A DNA stretch of 64,000 nt from Burkholderiales bacterium (GTDB lineage Bacteria; Pseudomonadota; Gammaproteobacteria; Burkholderiales; Burkholderiaceae_C), in the NCBI GenBank assembly GCA_038245855.1, contig JBBRSA010000015.1:8920-72919 (forward strand), written 5' to 3'. Position numbers and translations under genes: made by a program. Every line of letters begins with the position of its first letter. The first letter of the stretch is position 1. The notes beneath the pieces are model-generated. The model saw nothing but the letters and a program-made list of their open reading frames with translations. It made no database searches and was not told where the DNA came from. Positions 20,801 through 29,236 of the stretch are shown here, piece by piece.

Positions 20801-23800
20801 GCGTCGGATTCGGTCGCGTTGATTTGCTGCAGGTTGACCCAGCTGTGGGTCCAAGCCAGGTCAAAGACGCGGTCTGCCAAATGCCGGTCGCGGTATTTGC
20901 CGATCAGGCCCAAGGCTGCTTCGCGTGTTTCGCTGATGCCGTAGACCACGTCAATCGTGACCGTTTGCTGCGGGTCCAGCGTAATGAAGTGGCGAATTGC
21001 CACCATCGGGTCGAGCACAGCACCTTCGCTACCCGACAGTAGCCCCGGTGCTGCCATGGCCTGTGGCGCATGTACCGCGCGGGTGCGGCCAATGAAGCGC
21101 ATGCGGTCGGTCTCATAGGACGCGGTCCCACAGTCGCCGCCATGCACGGCCATCAGGTGGAACATCCAGGGCAGATGTTCCCCGTCGGAGCGGGGCCTGC
21201 GGTTACACAAAATGGCCTGCAGCGAACCCACAATTTCGGTTTGAACGAACAGGTTGCTAAACGCCGGGTGCACCGCGTCGGCTGCAGCGGGTGCTAGCAC
21301 CACTTCGGCGTAGCTGGTGACCTCGATCGTGCGGCGTGCGCGGGAGCGGTTGGTAATGTGCAGGCGTCGCAGCTCAATGTCATCTTCGGGTGAGACGACG
21401 ATTTCGGTATGCGTCTCGTAGCCGTGGTCGCGACGGCGAAATTCGGCCCGCCCTTCCGAAAAGATGGCTTCGTAGGTGTCTGCCTTTTTGAGCGTAGGCT
21501 GGTGGGCGGTGGACCAGAATTCTCCGCTGGCTACATCGCGCAGGTAACAAAAGGCGCCCCAATTGTCGCGCGTACCATCCTCGCGCCACCGGGTGACGGC
21601 GATGTCTTTCCAGCGGCTGTAGCCTCCGCCCGCTTGGCTGACCATGACGTGGTAGCGGCCGTTGGATAACAGTTGCACTTCGGGCACCGCGGTGTCGACG
21701 TTGCGCAGAATACGCATGGGCATCTCCGGGCCCAAGGTCGTGGTGCGTATGTCGGACAGGTCTGGGGTGCGAACATGGAACATGCCGGTTTTGGGTATAC
21801 GTTCCTGCAGCAGCAAGGCGGTGGCCTGGAAGAGCGGATCGGATTCAAACCGCTTTTGCATTGGCTGTTCTAGCAGCACGTAGGCCATGGCCAGCAGGCT
21901 CATGCCTTGGTGGTGTGCCATGAATGAGCGCACCACGCCGCTGGTTTGTCCGCGCGGCAGGCGCGATGGGGTGAAGTCAATCGCCTCGTACATGCCAAAG
22001 CGGCCTTTCAGACCATCGGCCGCCATACGCTGCAGGTTCTGGCATGCGGCGTCCGGCATCACCATCAGTGCCAAAGCGCAGGCGTACGGCGCAATCACCA
22101 AGTCCTCGGCCAAACCGCGCTTGAGCCCTAAGCCAGGAACACCAAAGGCGCGGTATTGGTAATTCAGAGCGGTATCGACGGTGTTGTAACCCGACTCGGA
22201 TATGCCCCACGGCACGCCGCGCTGATGCCCGTAGGTAATCTGGCGCTTCACGACCGCATGGCAGGTTTGGCTGAGCAGCGTGTTGGCGCACGATGGCATC
22301 ACCAACAGCGGCATCAGGTATTCGAACATCGAGCCACTCCAGGAGAGCAGTATCGGGTCGCCACCGGCTGAGGTGAGCAGCCGGCCCAATGCAAACCAGT
22401 TTTCTTGCGGCACCTGCCCTTGTGCAATGGCGACAAAGCTGCACAACCGGGCTTCAGAGGCCAGCAAATCGTAGTGCCCGGTGTCGCGCAGATGTTCGTC
22501 GACGTTGTAGCCCACGGTGAACAGGTGGCGGGCGTTGTCGTAAAGAAAGCTGTAGTCGGCCTGTGCCAGATCCGCCACCTGCTGTGCCAGGCGCTCAATG
22601 GTTTGCATGCGCTCAAGGGCGCGGGCACTGGCCAGCGTGACCAAGGGGCGTAGCCAAGTGGCCCAACTCTGATCGGCACCGGCTTGCACTGGCTGCTGCG
22701 CAAATGCGTGGTTCAGGGTGGCGCCCAGCTCGGCTATCTCGCGCAGGGTTGCCACGGCACCAAAGCCGGGTAGTGCTTTCAACCAACCAGGTAGGGGCGG
22801 GGCATCGTTCTCGTCCCACGGCACCAGAAAATCCAGATCGGCCAGCGCATCTTGGCATTGCTGCACCGCAGCCTGTGCCCACACCCGCCATTCGTTGTCG
22901 TCAGCATCCACTGCCCCTTGGATGGGCAGGCCAATCAGGCTGGCGCAGGGCGCTGCTATGGTGTTCAGCCAGCGTCGTACGGCGGTGGTGGTTGCCGGTC
23001 TGGCATCGCAGGCGGAGTCAATGCTGTGCTGAACCAGTGAGACGGTATGCACAAGTTCGGCGCTGGCCGTGGCTGGCAAGGCGCCCTGCAGATTGCCAAT
23101 GGCATCGCCAAGGCCTTCGAACGCCCTGGCGCCGAAGATCTTCTGCCCCGTCAGCGCCAACAAGCCGGGGCGCAGCGTTAATAAATGGCCGGACAAATTG
23201 CCGCTGTCCACTGACGAGATATACCGCGGAGACAAGGGTGCCAAGCTCAGGGTGTCATACCAGTTAAAGAAGTGGCCTGCATGGCGGTCTAAGGCCTGCA
23301 TGGTTTGCAGCGTGTCGTTGGTGCGCTTTAAGAGCGATGCAACCGAAATGTAGCCAAAGTCATACGCCGACAGGTTGGCCAACAGGGCCATGCCCATGTT
23401 GGTCGGCGACGTGCGGTGCGCCACCACCGCAGCCGGATGCTCCTGGTAGTTGTCGGGTGGCAGCCAATGGTCCTCGGCGGTGACGAAGGTTTCAAAGAAG
23501 TGCCAAGTCCGGCGCGCGAGCCTAAACAAGAAAACGCTCTGCTTGGGTTGCAGGCTTGCAGTGCGATCCATCAAGGGGCGGCTAACCCACCACGCAATGC
23601 CCGGTGCTGCCAGCCACAGAAGCAACATGGGTGCGGCGACCCACAAGGCCTGGGGGTGGGTGGCGAACACCACCACGGCAACCACGGCGGCCAGTGCCGG
23701 GCCGACCCACATCCTCGCTGCGGTTTGCAGGAGGTCACCCAGGCCGCCGGGCATGACCGGTTGTGCACTGGCGCCCAAGTGCGGGCGTGCTGTGTCACCT

Positions 23801-26616
23801 GAGGGCGCCCACTCCAGCATGTGGCGGTGGGTGAATGCCACGCGGGTGGTGGTGCGGATGATGGCATCGAGGCTGAAAAGTGCCTCGTAGGGCAGGCAGG
23901 CCAAATCGAACGTGGTCTGCGCCAACTGTTTGAACGCCTGCCGCATTGCCGCCATGAGGTGTTGCCCCACTGGCAGATTTTTGGGTTTTCGCAGCAAGCC
24001 CAGTGCGGTGTTCAGGAGCGGCGTGAGGTAGAGGAGCCCGAGGACCGAAAAGGTCCAGACGGCCCAGGCTTGTAGCTGCAGCCAACCCAGCACGAAAAGC
24101 GCCACCATGCTCACCGGGACCAGGCTGCGGCGCAAATTGTCAAAAATTTTCCACTGCGACAGTTTGGACAGCGGATTCAAACGCGTATGGAGCCCCGCTC
24201 CCGGAACGCGGTGCAGCAGCCAAGACGCAATCTGCCAGTCGCCGCGAATCCAGCGCTTGCGCCGACTGACATCGGCGCCATAACGCGCAGGGAAATCGTC
24301 GTAGAGCTGCACATCACTGATCAACCCGGCGCGGGCATAGCACCCCTCCAAAAGGTCGTGGCTGAGGATTCGATTTTCGGGAAAGCGGTCTTTGAGCGAG
24401 CGCTCGAATGCATCCACGTCATAAATACCCTTGCCAATAAAAGAGCCCTCTTGGAACAGGTCTTGGTAGACGTCTGACACCGCGCGGGTGTAGGGGTCAA
24501 CACCGGCTTCGCTGCCACACAAACGTGCGAAGCGTGAGCGGTTGGTGCTGGGCAAACTGACCGCCATGCGCGGCTGCAAGATGCCATACCCTTCCGTGAC
24601 CCGTTGCAGGATTTCATCGTAGCGGGGGCGGTTCAGGGGGTGGGCTAACGTGGCTGCAAAGACCCGTGCTGAATCGCGTTGCAACTGGGTGTCGGTGTCC
24701 AAGGTGATGACAAACTGCACTTGGCGTAAAGCGCTGGTGTCTCCCACCGTGTGCGAGAACGCTGGCTCGGAGCCGCCGCGCAACAAGGCGTTGAGCGCTG
24801 CCAGCTTGCCGCGTTTGCGCTCGTACCCCATCCAGATGCGCTCTTGCGGGTTCCAGCGCCGTGGGCGGTGGAGCAAAAAGAACGTGTCGCCACTGGTGCG
24901 GGGGTACTTGGTGTTGAGTGCTGTCATGCGCTCAACCGCCCGCTCTAGCAGTGGGGCATCGTCTGGCATGGTTTCTTGTGCTGCATCCCGAAAGTCGGTT
25001 AACAGGGCGAAGTGCAAGCAGGGGTCCTGGTTGGCCAGGTAGCGCACCTCCAATGCTTCGGTGAGTGCGTCGACCCCACTGAGGCTGCTTAACATGGTGG
25101 GGACGACCACCAGCGTGCGTGCTTGGGGGGCAATTCCTTTAGAAAAGTCCATACGCGGCAAGGTATGGGGCGTTGCCATCAAAGTGGCCGCCCAATTGAC
25201 CAGGGTGACAGCCAGTTGGCTCGTGCCTAGGATGGCGAAAACGGTCAGTAATGCCACCTGCCACAGCGGCAGGTTATGGGCTATGGCCAACCGCATCAAC
25301 CACGCTGTCAAAAGTGCCGTCAACAATCCCACCGCACCCAAATACAGCGATAGCGGATAGCGCCGCGCCCATGCGAACACGGCTTGCACGGTCGATGTCT
25401 GGGCTGCGACTGCGTGTTCGAGTTGGGAAAAGCCTTTGTCGATCAGGTAGTAGCCCACATGGCCTCGTGGGTCTTCGACTCTGTAGTCCCGCAGAGGCAG
25501 GCCCTTTTGCGCGAGCCCGATTGCTTGGCGCGCGACGTCGTGCTCACTCATCGCACCGCGACGGGCCAGTGCCTCAACGACGTGGCGGTAGCGGTCGCGC
25601 GTGGTGAAGTCCATTTGGGCGTACACCCCTTCGGGGTCTTCGTTGAGGGTGTGTTCGACCGCACTCATGGATTCAACAAACACGCGCCAGTCGGTGGCGC
25701 CCAGCAAGCGCAGGCTTCCAATCGAATTGCTGATGCAGACCTGATTGGCGGCTTGGCTTTGCGTTTCAGACTGCACCATGTGCTCGATGGTCTGATTGGA
25801 CTCAGACAATCGCTGTTCAATCCAGGTCAGTGGCAAGGCCAAAGCAGAACTATGCCCTTGCAGGCGCCGGGCCAATTCGGCCACAAAGGAGTTCACCATC
25901 GGTGGGGTGGACCGGGCCATGTCCGATATCACCAAGATCAGGCTTTTAGGATCGCGCTCGGCGACTTCCAGCATTTGATCGGCCCATACCCCTGCGCGAT
26001 TGCGGTCCACCATGCCGTTTGTGACGCGGGTGCTAACGCGGCGCAAATTCTCGATTAGTGCCAGGCGCAGCATGATCGGAATGGCCCACAGCTCACCCAA
26101 GGTCAGGACACACACCTTTTGGTACGCGGCTACAAAGCGGTCGATATTTTCGGGGTCTACTCTGCCATCGCCGTGTGCAATGACCTCTAGTGCAATGTCG
26201 TATACACGTGGCAACCCTTTGGAAGGGCCACCAGCCAATATCGGCAATGCGCGGCTGTAGCCTTTGGGCAGGTGGGCTCTGGCGGTGAGAATTTGCTCTT
26301 CAATGAGGTAGAAGTTGTCTAGCAGCCATTCCCCAGCAGGGGTTATGCGGCAGTTTTCCTTTGCGGCTTCCATGAGCAAAGCGCAGGCCACGTTCAGCCG
26401 CTCCTCGTTGTCGGTCAGGCGTTCCAGTAGTTGGTCTTTGCCGCGCTCGGACTGCAGTGTGTGGGAGTCTGCCAAGGTCTTGCCATGGCGCTCCATCTGG
26501 TCGGCGCTGAACAGTTCCGCACGCAAGGGCGGTTGGTCCGTCGCAGTGGGGCCAGTGAGTGCGCTTTTGTCGCCCTGGCTCCAAAAACGCGACAACGTTG
26601 CACGAAGGGTTTGCAT
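17812..26616 (-). CDS. ndvB: cyclic beta-1,2-glucan synthase (NdvB/ChvB/Cgs-like: membrane glycosyltransferase plus GH94 phosphorylase-like domains)
   Basis: ORF 17812-26730 (2972 aa). Size, TM segments, the glycosyltransferase region and the C-terminal GH94-like region fit. Start placed at ATG 26616 because the GTG at 26730 lies inside the promoter region. Confidence 0.85.
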   Translation of the reverse strand: MQTLRATLSRFWSQGDKSALTGPTATDQPPLRAELFSADQMERHGKTLADSHTLQSERGKDQLLERLTDNEERLNVACALLMEAAKENCRITPAGEWLLDNFYLIEEQILTARAHLPKGYSRALPILAGGPSKGLPRVYDIALEVIAHGDGRVDPENIDRFVAAYQKVCVLTLGELWAIPIMLRLALIENLRRVSTRVTNGMVDRNRAGVWADQMLEVAERDPKSLILVISDMARSTPPMVNSFVAELARRLQGHSSALALPLTWIEQRLSESNQTIEHMVQSETQSQAANQVCISNSIGSLRLLGATDWRVFVESMSAVEHTLNEDPEGVYAQMDFTTRDRYRHVVEALARRGAMSEHDVARQAIGLAQKGLPLRDYRVEDPRGHVGYYLIDKGFSQLEHAVAAQTSTVQAVFAWARRYPLSLYLGAVGLLTALLTAWLMRLAIAHNLPLWQVALLTVFAILGTSQLAVTLVNWAATLMATPHTLPRMDFSKGIAPQARTLVVVPTMLSSLSGVDALTEALEVRYLANQDPCLHFALLTDFRDAAQETMPDDAPLLERAVERMTALNTKYPRTSGDTFFLLHRPRRWNPQERIWMGYERKRGKLAALNALLRGGSEPAFSHTVGDTSALRQVQFVITLDTDTQLQRDSARVFAATLAHPLNRPRYDEILQRVTEGYGILQPRMAVSLPSTNRSRFARLCGSEAGVDPYTRAVSDVYQDLFQEGSFIGKGIYDVDAFERSLKDRFPENRILSHDLLEGCYARAGLISDVQLYDDFPARYGADVSRRKRWIRGDWQIASWLLHRVPGAGLHTRLNPLSKLSQWKIFDNLRRSLVPVSMVALFVLGWLQLQAWAVWTFSVLGLLYLTPLLNTALGLLRKPKNLPVGQHLMAAMRQAFKQLAQTTFDLACLPYEALFSLDAIIRTTTRVAFTHRHMLEWAPSGDTARPHLGASAQPVMPGGLGDLLQTAARMWVGPALAAVVAVVVFATHPQALWVAAPMLLLWLAAPGIAWWVSRPLMDRTASLQPKQSVFLFRLARRTWHFFETFVTAEDHWLPPDNYQEHPAAVVAHRTSPTNMGMALLANLSAYDFGYISVASLLKRTNDTLQTMQALDRHAGHFFNWYDTLSLAPLSPRYISSVDSGNLSGHLLTLRPGLLALTGQKIFGARAFEGLGDAIGNLQGALPATASAELVHTVSLVQHSIDSACDARPATTTAVRRWLNTIAAPCASLIGLPIQGAVDADDNEWRVWAQAAVQQCQDALADLDFLVPWDENDAPPLPGWLKALPGFGAVATLREIAELGATLNHAFAQQPVQAGADQSWATWLRPLVTLASARALERMQTIERLAQQVADLAQADYSFLYDNARHLFTVGYNVDEHLRDTGHYDLLASEARLCSFVAIAQGQVPQENWFALGRLLTSAGGDPILLSWSGSMFEYLMPLLVMPSCANTLLSQTCHAVVKRQITYGHQRGVPWGISESGYNTVDTALNYQYRAFGVPGLGLKRGLAEDLVIAPYACALALMVMPDAACQNLQRMAADGLKGRFGMYEAIDFTPSRLPRGQTSGVVRSFMAHHQGMSLLAMAYVLLEQPMQKRFESDPLFQATALLLQERIPKTGMFHVRTPDLSDIRTTTLGPEMPMRILRNVDTAVPEVQLLSNGRYHVMVSQAGGGYSRWKDIAVTRWREDGTRDNWGAFCYLRDVASGEFWSTAHQPTLKKADTYEAIFSEGRAEFRRRDHGYETHTEIVVSPEDDIELRRLHITNRSRARRTIEVTSYAEVVLAPAAADAVHPAFSNLFVQTEIVGSLQAILCNRRPRSDGEHLPWMFHLMAVHGGDCGTASYETDRMRFIGRTRAVHAPQAMAAPGLLSGSEGAVLDPMVAIRHFITLDPQQTVTIDVVYGISETREAALGLIGKYRDRHLADRVFDLAWTHSWVNLQQINATESDAQLYGRLASSVIYANPAQRGDADVLKRNRRGQSGLWGYGISGDLPIVLLQIGSQDNIELVRQLVQAHAYWRLKGLIVDLVIWNEDHAGYRQLLQEQIMGLISAGVEANYTDRPGGIFVRIAEQISIEDRALFQTVARVIITDTRGSLTDQVNRRSAKETREPALVRQAFNRTHRLDPTDNSVVAPRDLLFFNGIGGFSPDGREYVITTARGQATPAPWVNVIANDRFGTVISESGSAYTWSENAHEFRYTPWSNDPVSDGGGEAIYLRDEDTGLFWSPTPLPCGGTAPYTTRHGFGYSVFEHEEDGIHSELSIYVDVDAAIKFSRLKVRNQSGRPRRLSATGYVEWVLGDLQSKTAMHVTTEVEPISGAILARNPYSPEFADRVAFFDADGATQMPFVTVCADRREFVGRNATLANPAAMTRARLSNKVGAGLDPCAAIQVPFELADGQEREITFRLGAAGRRGIDDARAMVHSLRDPDASRQVLPAVHAYWEQTLGAVQVNTPDAALNVLANGWLLYQTIACRLWARSGYYQSGGAFGFRDQLQDAMALVHTAPHLLREHLLRCASRQFIEGDVQHWWHPPQGRGVRTHCSDDFLWLPQATCRYVQATSDTGVLNESVAFLEGRPVPPEEDSYYDLPSQSTATATLYEHCVRAILRGLPKGVHGLPLMGTGDWNDGMNLVGIKGQGESVWLAFFLFDTLVRFSPVARAHGDEAFAQECLAQAEQLRQAIDQHGWDGGWYRRAYFDDGTPLGSSANAECQIDSISQSWSVLSGAGDPERSRTAMNALDQRLVRRDNALIQLLDPPFNTAAMNPGYIKGYVPGVRENGGQYTHAAIWATMAFAASGDSRRAWECFDLINPVHHGSDAETIATYKAEPYVVAADVYAVAPHTGRGGWTWYTGSASWMYRLVLESLLGLHIEAGQLRIKPCIPVAWAGFTVHYRYRTTPYTIVVVQTHGPTAAVQVTVDGLVQPSAAATLIDDQVAHAVAVNVITIGGT

Positions 26617-26734
26617 TTGGCTTTTCAATGGTCGATGTCCCTGATTTGCGGCGCAATAGGGGCGCTCCGCGCCGGAGCACCGGACCACCCCGCTGACGTA
26701 TGCCCAAAGCTTAGTGAGGGCTTGCGCCACGGTC

Positions 26735-26750
26735 TGTGCGACAACGCACA
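26735..26750. promoter_or_regulatory. CRP-type palindrome box 6 (TGTGCGACAACGCACA), shared by divergent ndvB and the BON operon
   Basis: Perfect arms with GAC on both sides. GACACT at 26772-26777 (+ side) and TAAGCT (rc of 26708-26713, - side), both 21 nt away. Confidence 0.6.
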
Positions 26751-26841
26751 GACGCCCAGTGTGTCGGCGTTGACACTGTGCAGGTCACGGGTGGGTTCAC
26801 CTGTATGCCAGACCTTACACACACTGAAAAGAAAGCGCACT

Positions 26842-27459
26842 ATGAAAAATCGCCACCTTCCCATGGCCCTGAGCCTTGTGTTTGCAACGGGCGCAGCCCT
26901 TTTGGTTATGGGTTGCAGCCGTCACGACGATGACAGCGAGCTTGCCACTACCACTGCGCCCACCACCACCACCGCTCCCACGGCCACCACGGCCACCACG
27001 GTGGGCATGGAAATTGATGACACCGTGGTCACCACCCGTGTGAAGTCGGCGTTGATTGAAGACCAACAAACCAAGGGCTTTGACATCAAGGTCGAAACAC
27101 GCAAAGGTGTTGTGCAACTGACCGGCTTTGTCGACAACCGCACCCAGGCGGACCGTGCCATTGTCATTGCGCACGCGGTCGAAGGCGCTAAGTCGGTCGA
27201 CGACGGTATGACGATTAAGAGCGGCAAAGTGACCATCGGCAACCAGGTCGATGACAGCGTGGTCACGGCGAAAGTGAAGTCGGCGTTGATGGCTGATTCG
27301 GAAGTCAAAAGCCTCGAGATCGCGGTAGTCACCCGCAAAGGCGAAGTCCAACTCAGTGGGTTCGTCGGCACCCAAACGCAAATCGACCACGCCATTGCGG
27401 TTACCAAGGGTGTGGAGGGCGTGCAGTCCGTGGTGAGCAAGCTATCGATCAAACAGTAG
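26842..27459 (+). CDS. BON-domain lipoprotein (two BON domains, OsmY-like)
   Basis: Lipobox LVMGC, a Thr/Ala/Pro linker and two VxTRKGVVQLTGFV / VVTRKGEVQLSGFV BON repeats. The ORF-track start at 26431 is an upstream extension. Confidence 0.9.
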   Translation: MKNRHLPMALSLVFATGAALLVMGCSRHDDDSELATTTAPTTTTAPTATTATTVGMEIDDTVVTTRVKSALIEDQQTKGFDIKVETRKGVVQLTGFVDNRTQADRAIVIAHAVEGAKSVDDGMTIKSGKVTIGNQVDDSVVTAKVKSALMADSEVKSLEIAVVTRKGEVQLSGFVGTQTQIDHAIAVTKGVEGVQSVVSKLSIKQ

Positions 27460-27477
27460 TCTTGCAGAAAGGTCGTC

Positions 27478-27972
27478 ATGCAACGCAGTTTTCTTGGAAA
27501 GCCAAACCGCTCGGGTGTGCCCAGCATCCTTCAAATAGAAGCCGCGTTGGCGCTTGCGCGCCAACCTTCCCTGTTTGAAGTGCAGTACACCGAGGCCAGT
27601 CGCATGCGCCGCGCAGCCCAAGAGGCTGCCATTGCCCGCATTGCGGATGGGGCACTCGCAACCTGGGGCGCGGTTGACGCATGTTTGTCAACCACCCTGG
27701 GCCCCAAGGCCGTCACTGCGCTTTACTATCGCAGCCTCTACCTGACCCGCATCGACCACCCATGGCTGGTGGCCGCTTACGAGGGTGGTTCGTCGGCAGA
27801 TGTTTTTCAGAGTCTGAAAAACACGGTGTTGCGCCAAACCGTTGACCATGCCAATGCCGCTTTGAGCGCCCTGATGCATGTGTTTCGCCGTCTGCTCGTA
27901 GGCCTGCTCGGAGAGCCGCTCACCGAGCGCCTTTTGGAGCCCGTTGGCGTGCTGCCATTTAAGGCGTATTGA
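27478..27972 (+). CDS. hypothetical protein (164 aa)
   Basis: ATG 18 nt after the BON gene stop, with coding-like codon pattern. No family recognised. 14-nt convergent overlap with the GGDEF gene. Confidence 0.55.
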   Translation: MQRSFLGKPNRSGVPSILQIEAALALARQPSLFEVQYTEASRMRRAAQEAAIARIADGALATWGAVDACLSTTLGPKAVTALYYRSLYLTRIDHPWLVAAYEGGSSADVFQSLKNTVLRQTVDHANAALSALMHVFRRLLVGLLGEPLTERLLEPVGVLPFKAY

Positions 27973-28711
27973 CGTGAAACGTATATTGCCCGCCGCCGCG
28001 CCGCTTAGACTGGTACATGGCTGCATCAGCAAGGGCAATGAGGACGGTGGGGTCCTCACTGTCGTGTGGGTAAACGGCAATCCCCAGGCTTGCCGATAGC
28101 CCCAATTCCTGATGGGCGATGACGGCTGGAGCGCCAATCTCCATAAGCATGTTCTGCGCAATGGCGGCAATGTCTGCCACGCACGATACATCTACCAGCA
28201 GCACCAAAAATTCGTCACCGCCGTGGCGGCTGACCGCGTCGGAATCGCGCACCGCACAGGCCAGGCGTTTGGCGACCAGTTGTAAAACGGCATCGCCTGC
28301 GGCGTGGCCCAATGTGTCGTTGATTTTTTTGAAGTTGTCCAGGTCGACGAAAAAAATGGCAGCCTGGGTGCCCCGTCTTTGTGCCATGGTGATGGCACTT
28401 TCCAGTCGGTCTAACATGAGCGCCCGATTAGGGGTGTCGGTCAAGGCGTCGCGCTGGCTGGCGCGCGTCAATTCTCCAAAATTGGAGGTGGCTGTCTCGG
28501 CGGCAATTTGCGCTTCAAGGGCGGCCAGAACCAGGCGCTCATTGGTGGCCACCAACACGGCGGCACGGTCGGCGTTGATGTCGCGCCGCACGTCGCTCAG
28601 GTGGCGTTGCAAGCTGCGCAACTCGGCGCGCATGGCGTGTGCTTGCTCGTTGAGCCGCATCAGTGTCCGGGTTGCCGACGGCACTGTGCCATCGTCGAAT
28701 TCATCGTTCAT
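27959..28711 (-). CDS. GGDEF-domain diguanylate cyclase with coiled-coil N-terminus
   Basis: DALTDTPNRAL, FFVDLDNFKKINDTLGH, SRHGGDEFLVLL. Confidence 0.9.
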   Translation of the reverse strand: MNDEFDDGTVPSATRTLMRLNEQAHAMRAELRSLQRHLSDVRRDINADRAAVLVATNERLVLAALEAQIAAETATSNFGELTRASQRDALTDTPNRALMLDRLESAITMAQRRGTQAAIFFVDLDNFKKINDTLGHAAGDAVLQLVAKRLACAVRDSDAVSRHGGDEFLVLLVDVSCVADIAAIAQNMLMEIGAPAVIAHQELGLSASLGIAVYPHDSEDPTVLIALADAAMYQSKRRGGGQYTFHVNTP

Positions 28712-28729
28712 GGGAAATAGCGGCTCGTG

Positions 28730-29236
28730 TTATCCACACTGCTCGGTCAGACTGCGCAGGCGCGCCTCGCAGTCCTGCAACGCGGCCGTGCGTTCGCGCA
28801 CCTGGCGCTCCAACTCTTGGTTGTCATGCATCAACTGTTTGTAGCGCAGCCGCACTTCCAGCATGTTGTGGATACGTGTTCTGAGTTCGGTCAAGTCGAA
28901 GGGTTTGCTGACAAAGTCTTTGGCCCCGGCTTGCAGCGCCCGCAGTTTGTGGCCCGGTTGGGCGGTAATAGCCAGCACCGGAAGGTAGTCGTCCTGTTGG
29001 TCGGCTTTTAGGCCTGTGATGACTTGAAAGCCGTCCATCACGGGCATCTGCAGGTCCAGCAGAATCAGGTCATATTGGTTCTTTCTGTGCAGGGCACGCA
29101 CCTCCGTGGGTTGCTGCGTGGACGCCATGTTGGTGTATCCCGCATCTACGAGTATTTGCTCCAACAGGCGAACATTGGGCTCTTGATCGTCCACGATCAG
29201 AATGCTGGATTTGAGAATGTCTGATTCGGTAATCAT
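28730..29236 (-). CDS. response regulator (REC domain plus coiled-coil tail)
   Basis: ILIVDDQ...DLILLDLQMPVMDG...KPF. Close paralogue of the REC part of 37973-38797. Confidence 0.9.
   Translation of the reverse strand: MITESDILKSSILIVDDQEPNVRLLEQILVDAGYTNMASTQQPTEVRALHRKNQYDLILLDLQMPVMDGFQVITGLKADQQDDYLPVLAITAQPGHKLRALQAGAKDFVSKPFDLTELRTRIHNMLEVRLRYKQLMHDNQELERQVRERTAALQDCEARLRSLTEQCG

Noticed and set aside
26728-26730. GTG start that gives the full 2972-aa ndvB ORF.
   Set aside because: It lies 5 nt from the shared palindrome and upstream of the predicted minus-strand promoter elements. The ATG at 26616 is preferred, though this is not proven.
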